Part shown: positions 63,050 through 64,000 of the stretch, piece by piece | Position numbering within the stretch: position 1 is the first letter of the stretch | Layout of the letters: each line of letters opens with the position of its first letter | NCBI GenBank assembly: GCA_035545515.1 | Contig: DASZYH010000234.1 | Coordinates: 3,020-67,019, forward strand | Direction: 5' to 3' | DNA: 64,000 bases | Source: Opitutaceae bacterium | GTDB lineage: Bacteria > Verrucomicrobiota > Verrucomicrobiia > Opitutales > Opitutaceae | Notes under the pieces: model-generated | What the model was told of the DNA's origin: nothing | Seen by the model: the letters and a program-made list of their open reading frames with translations, nothing else | The model's database searches: none | Translations under genes and position numbers: made by a program

Positions 63050-63111
63050 CCGCAAAATCAGCCGCCGATCGCGGCGATTGACAAGCGGAGTCCGGGCGGG
63101 GGCCGTCCGCG

Positions 63112-63558
63112 CTATGGAGCCGGAAGATTCAGTCGGAGCCAGTAGACGGCCAGCGCTTTGACGGTCGCGGCGAACGACTTCGGATCGGACGGTTTCAGCA
63201 GGTAGGAATTGACCGCGAGATTCCACGCCGATTGCAGGTCGGCCGTCGAGTTGCACGTCGTGAACACGACCACCGCCAGCCGACGGAGCGCCGGATTCGC
63301 CCGGATCCACCGCAGCAGTCCGATGCCATCCTCACCGGGTAACCGCAGGTCGACGACGACCACCGCGGGGAGCGGATGGCGGATTCGGTCGGCGTAGGCG
63401 TCGTGTCCGGCCAGATAGGCCACGGCGCGGAGCGAATCTGGCACGACCTGGACCGGGTTTCGAAAGCCCGCCCTGGCGAGCGCGTGTTCGAACAGGAAAA
63501 CGTCGTCGTCGTCATCCTCGACGAGCAGCAACGCTGCGCGGGTGTCGTCCTCCGTCAT
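63112..63558 (-). CDS. Single-domain response regulator (Rcp1-like)
   Basis: LLVEDDDDD, VVDLRLP, NSYLLKP. Confidence 0.92.
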   Translation of the reverse strand: MTEDDTRAALLLVEDDDDDVFLFEHALARAGFRNPVQVVPDSLRAVAYLAGHDAYADRIRHPLPAVVVVDLRLPGEDGIGLLRWIRANPALRRLAVVVFTTCNSTADLQSAWNLAVNSYLLKPSDPKSFAATVKALAVYWLRLNLPAP

Positions 63559-63603
63559 TGCCGGGTCCGGGCGAGGCGGTCAGGGCGGGAATCGCCGGCG
63601 GGG

Positions 63604-63837
63604 CTATCCCGAGTGACGGCCGCGCGTGTGCTCGCGGGAGGCCTGCGACGAGAACCCGCGTTGGCCGCCGTGCCCGGGCTGGACGCGACCGAATCGGCCC
63701 GCTGCGTCGAAGAACCGTGAGGGCTTGGGCGGAAAAACCGGCGTCGGATGGGATGGCGCGACGGGCTTGGGAGCGTCGGGAGCGGGGCCTGCCGCCGGAC
63801 CGGGAGGAACAGGCGCCGATTTCGGATCGGTATTCAT
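63604..63837 (-). CDS. Pro-rich small hypothetical protein
   Basis: 77 aa low-complexity ORF co-oriented with the downstream regulator; weak support. Confidence 0.35.
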   Translation of the reverse strand: MNTDPKSAPVPPGPAAGPAPDAPKPVAPSHPTPVFPPKPSRFFDAAGRFGRVQPGHGGQRGFSSQASREHTRGRHSG

Positions 63838-64000
63838 AGGCGTGGGCGGCGCTCCGCGCGGAGCGCGCGCAGTCCGGCAGTGTAGCGAAACACCCCCGCG
63901 GTGGCTCCGCATTCCTTGCTGCGGACGCGCGCCGGCCTTCCGTCCGCCGCGGCGCTGCTAGACAACCGGCCGCCGGCGGTAGTAGACGAGGCCCGGCATC

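Overview
High-GC bacterial chromosomal segment, most likely Opitutaceae/Verrucomicrobiota. This taxon is inferred from the 'NxSTR' C-terminal domains, the ...PLRA| signal peptides and the prepilin triad. From left to right the window holds: the end of kamA; a translationally coupled serC-like/E2-type acyltransferase/P450/GNAT operon; an M12 peptidase; an FNR-box-controlled nitrite reductase cluster (ywiC-like, nirK-cytochrome c fusion, nirV-like, SCO, DUF2249, cupin, Crp/Fnr); a MacAB-type ABC exporter with a four-helix-bundle gene inserted; FNT channel, tricorn protease, hybrid kinase, SdpI, M3 peptidase, zinc-ribbon and TMTC-like genes; gyrB-gyrA; RNase P RNA; a pilV/W/X-like triad; cupin/MarR; a sulfatase; a ~1 kb repeat-rich intergenic region; Ku and small stress/signalling genes; a double transglutaminase-like protein; GH13; murB; an MCP; and a signal-peptide-bearing LOG. 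No CRISPR, tRNA, rRNA, transposase or integrase was seen. The most unusual signals are non-coding. (i) Intergenic modules bounded by inverted 7-bp tandem arrays occur with a four-helix-bundle gene, empty, or carrying REP doublets. (ii) At 46.6-47.0 kb a 5-copy inverted motif cluster runs into a 20 x 12-bp degenerate array. (iii) A 26-bp upstream motif is shared by two unrelated loci. All family calls come from motif recognition by eye; no database search was run.
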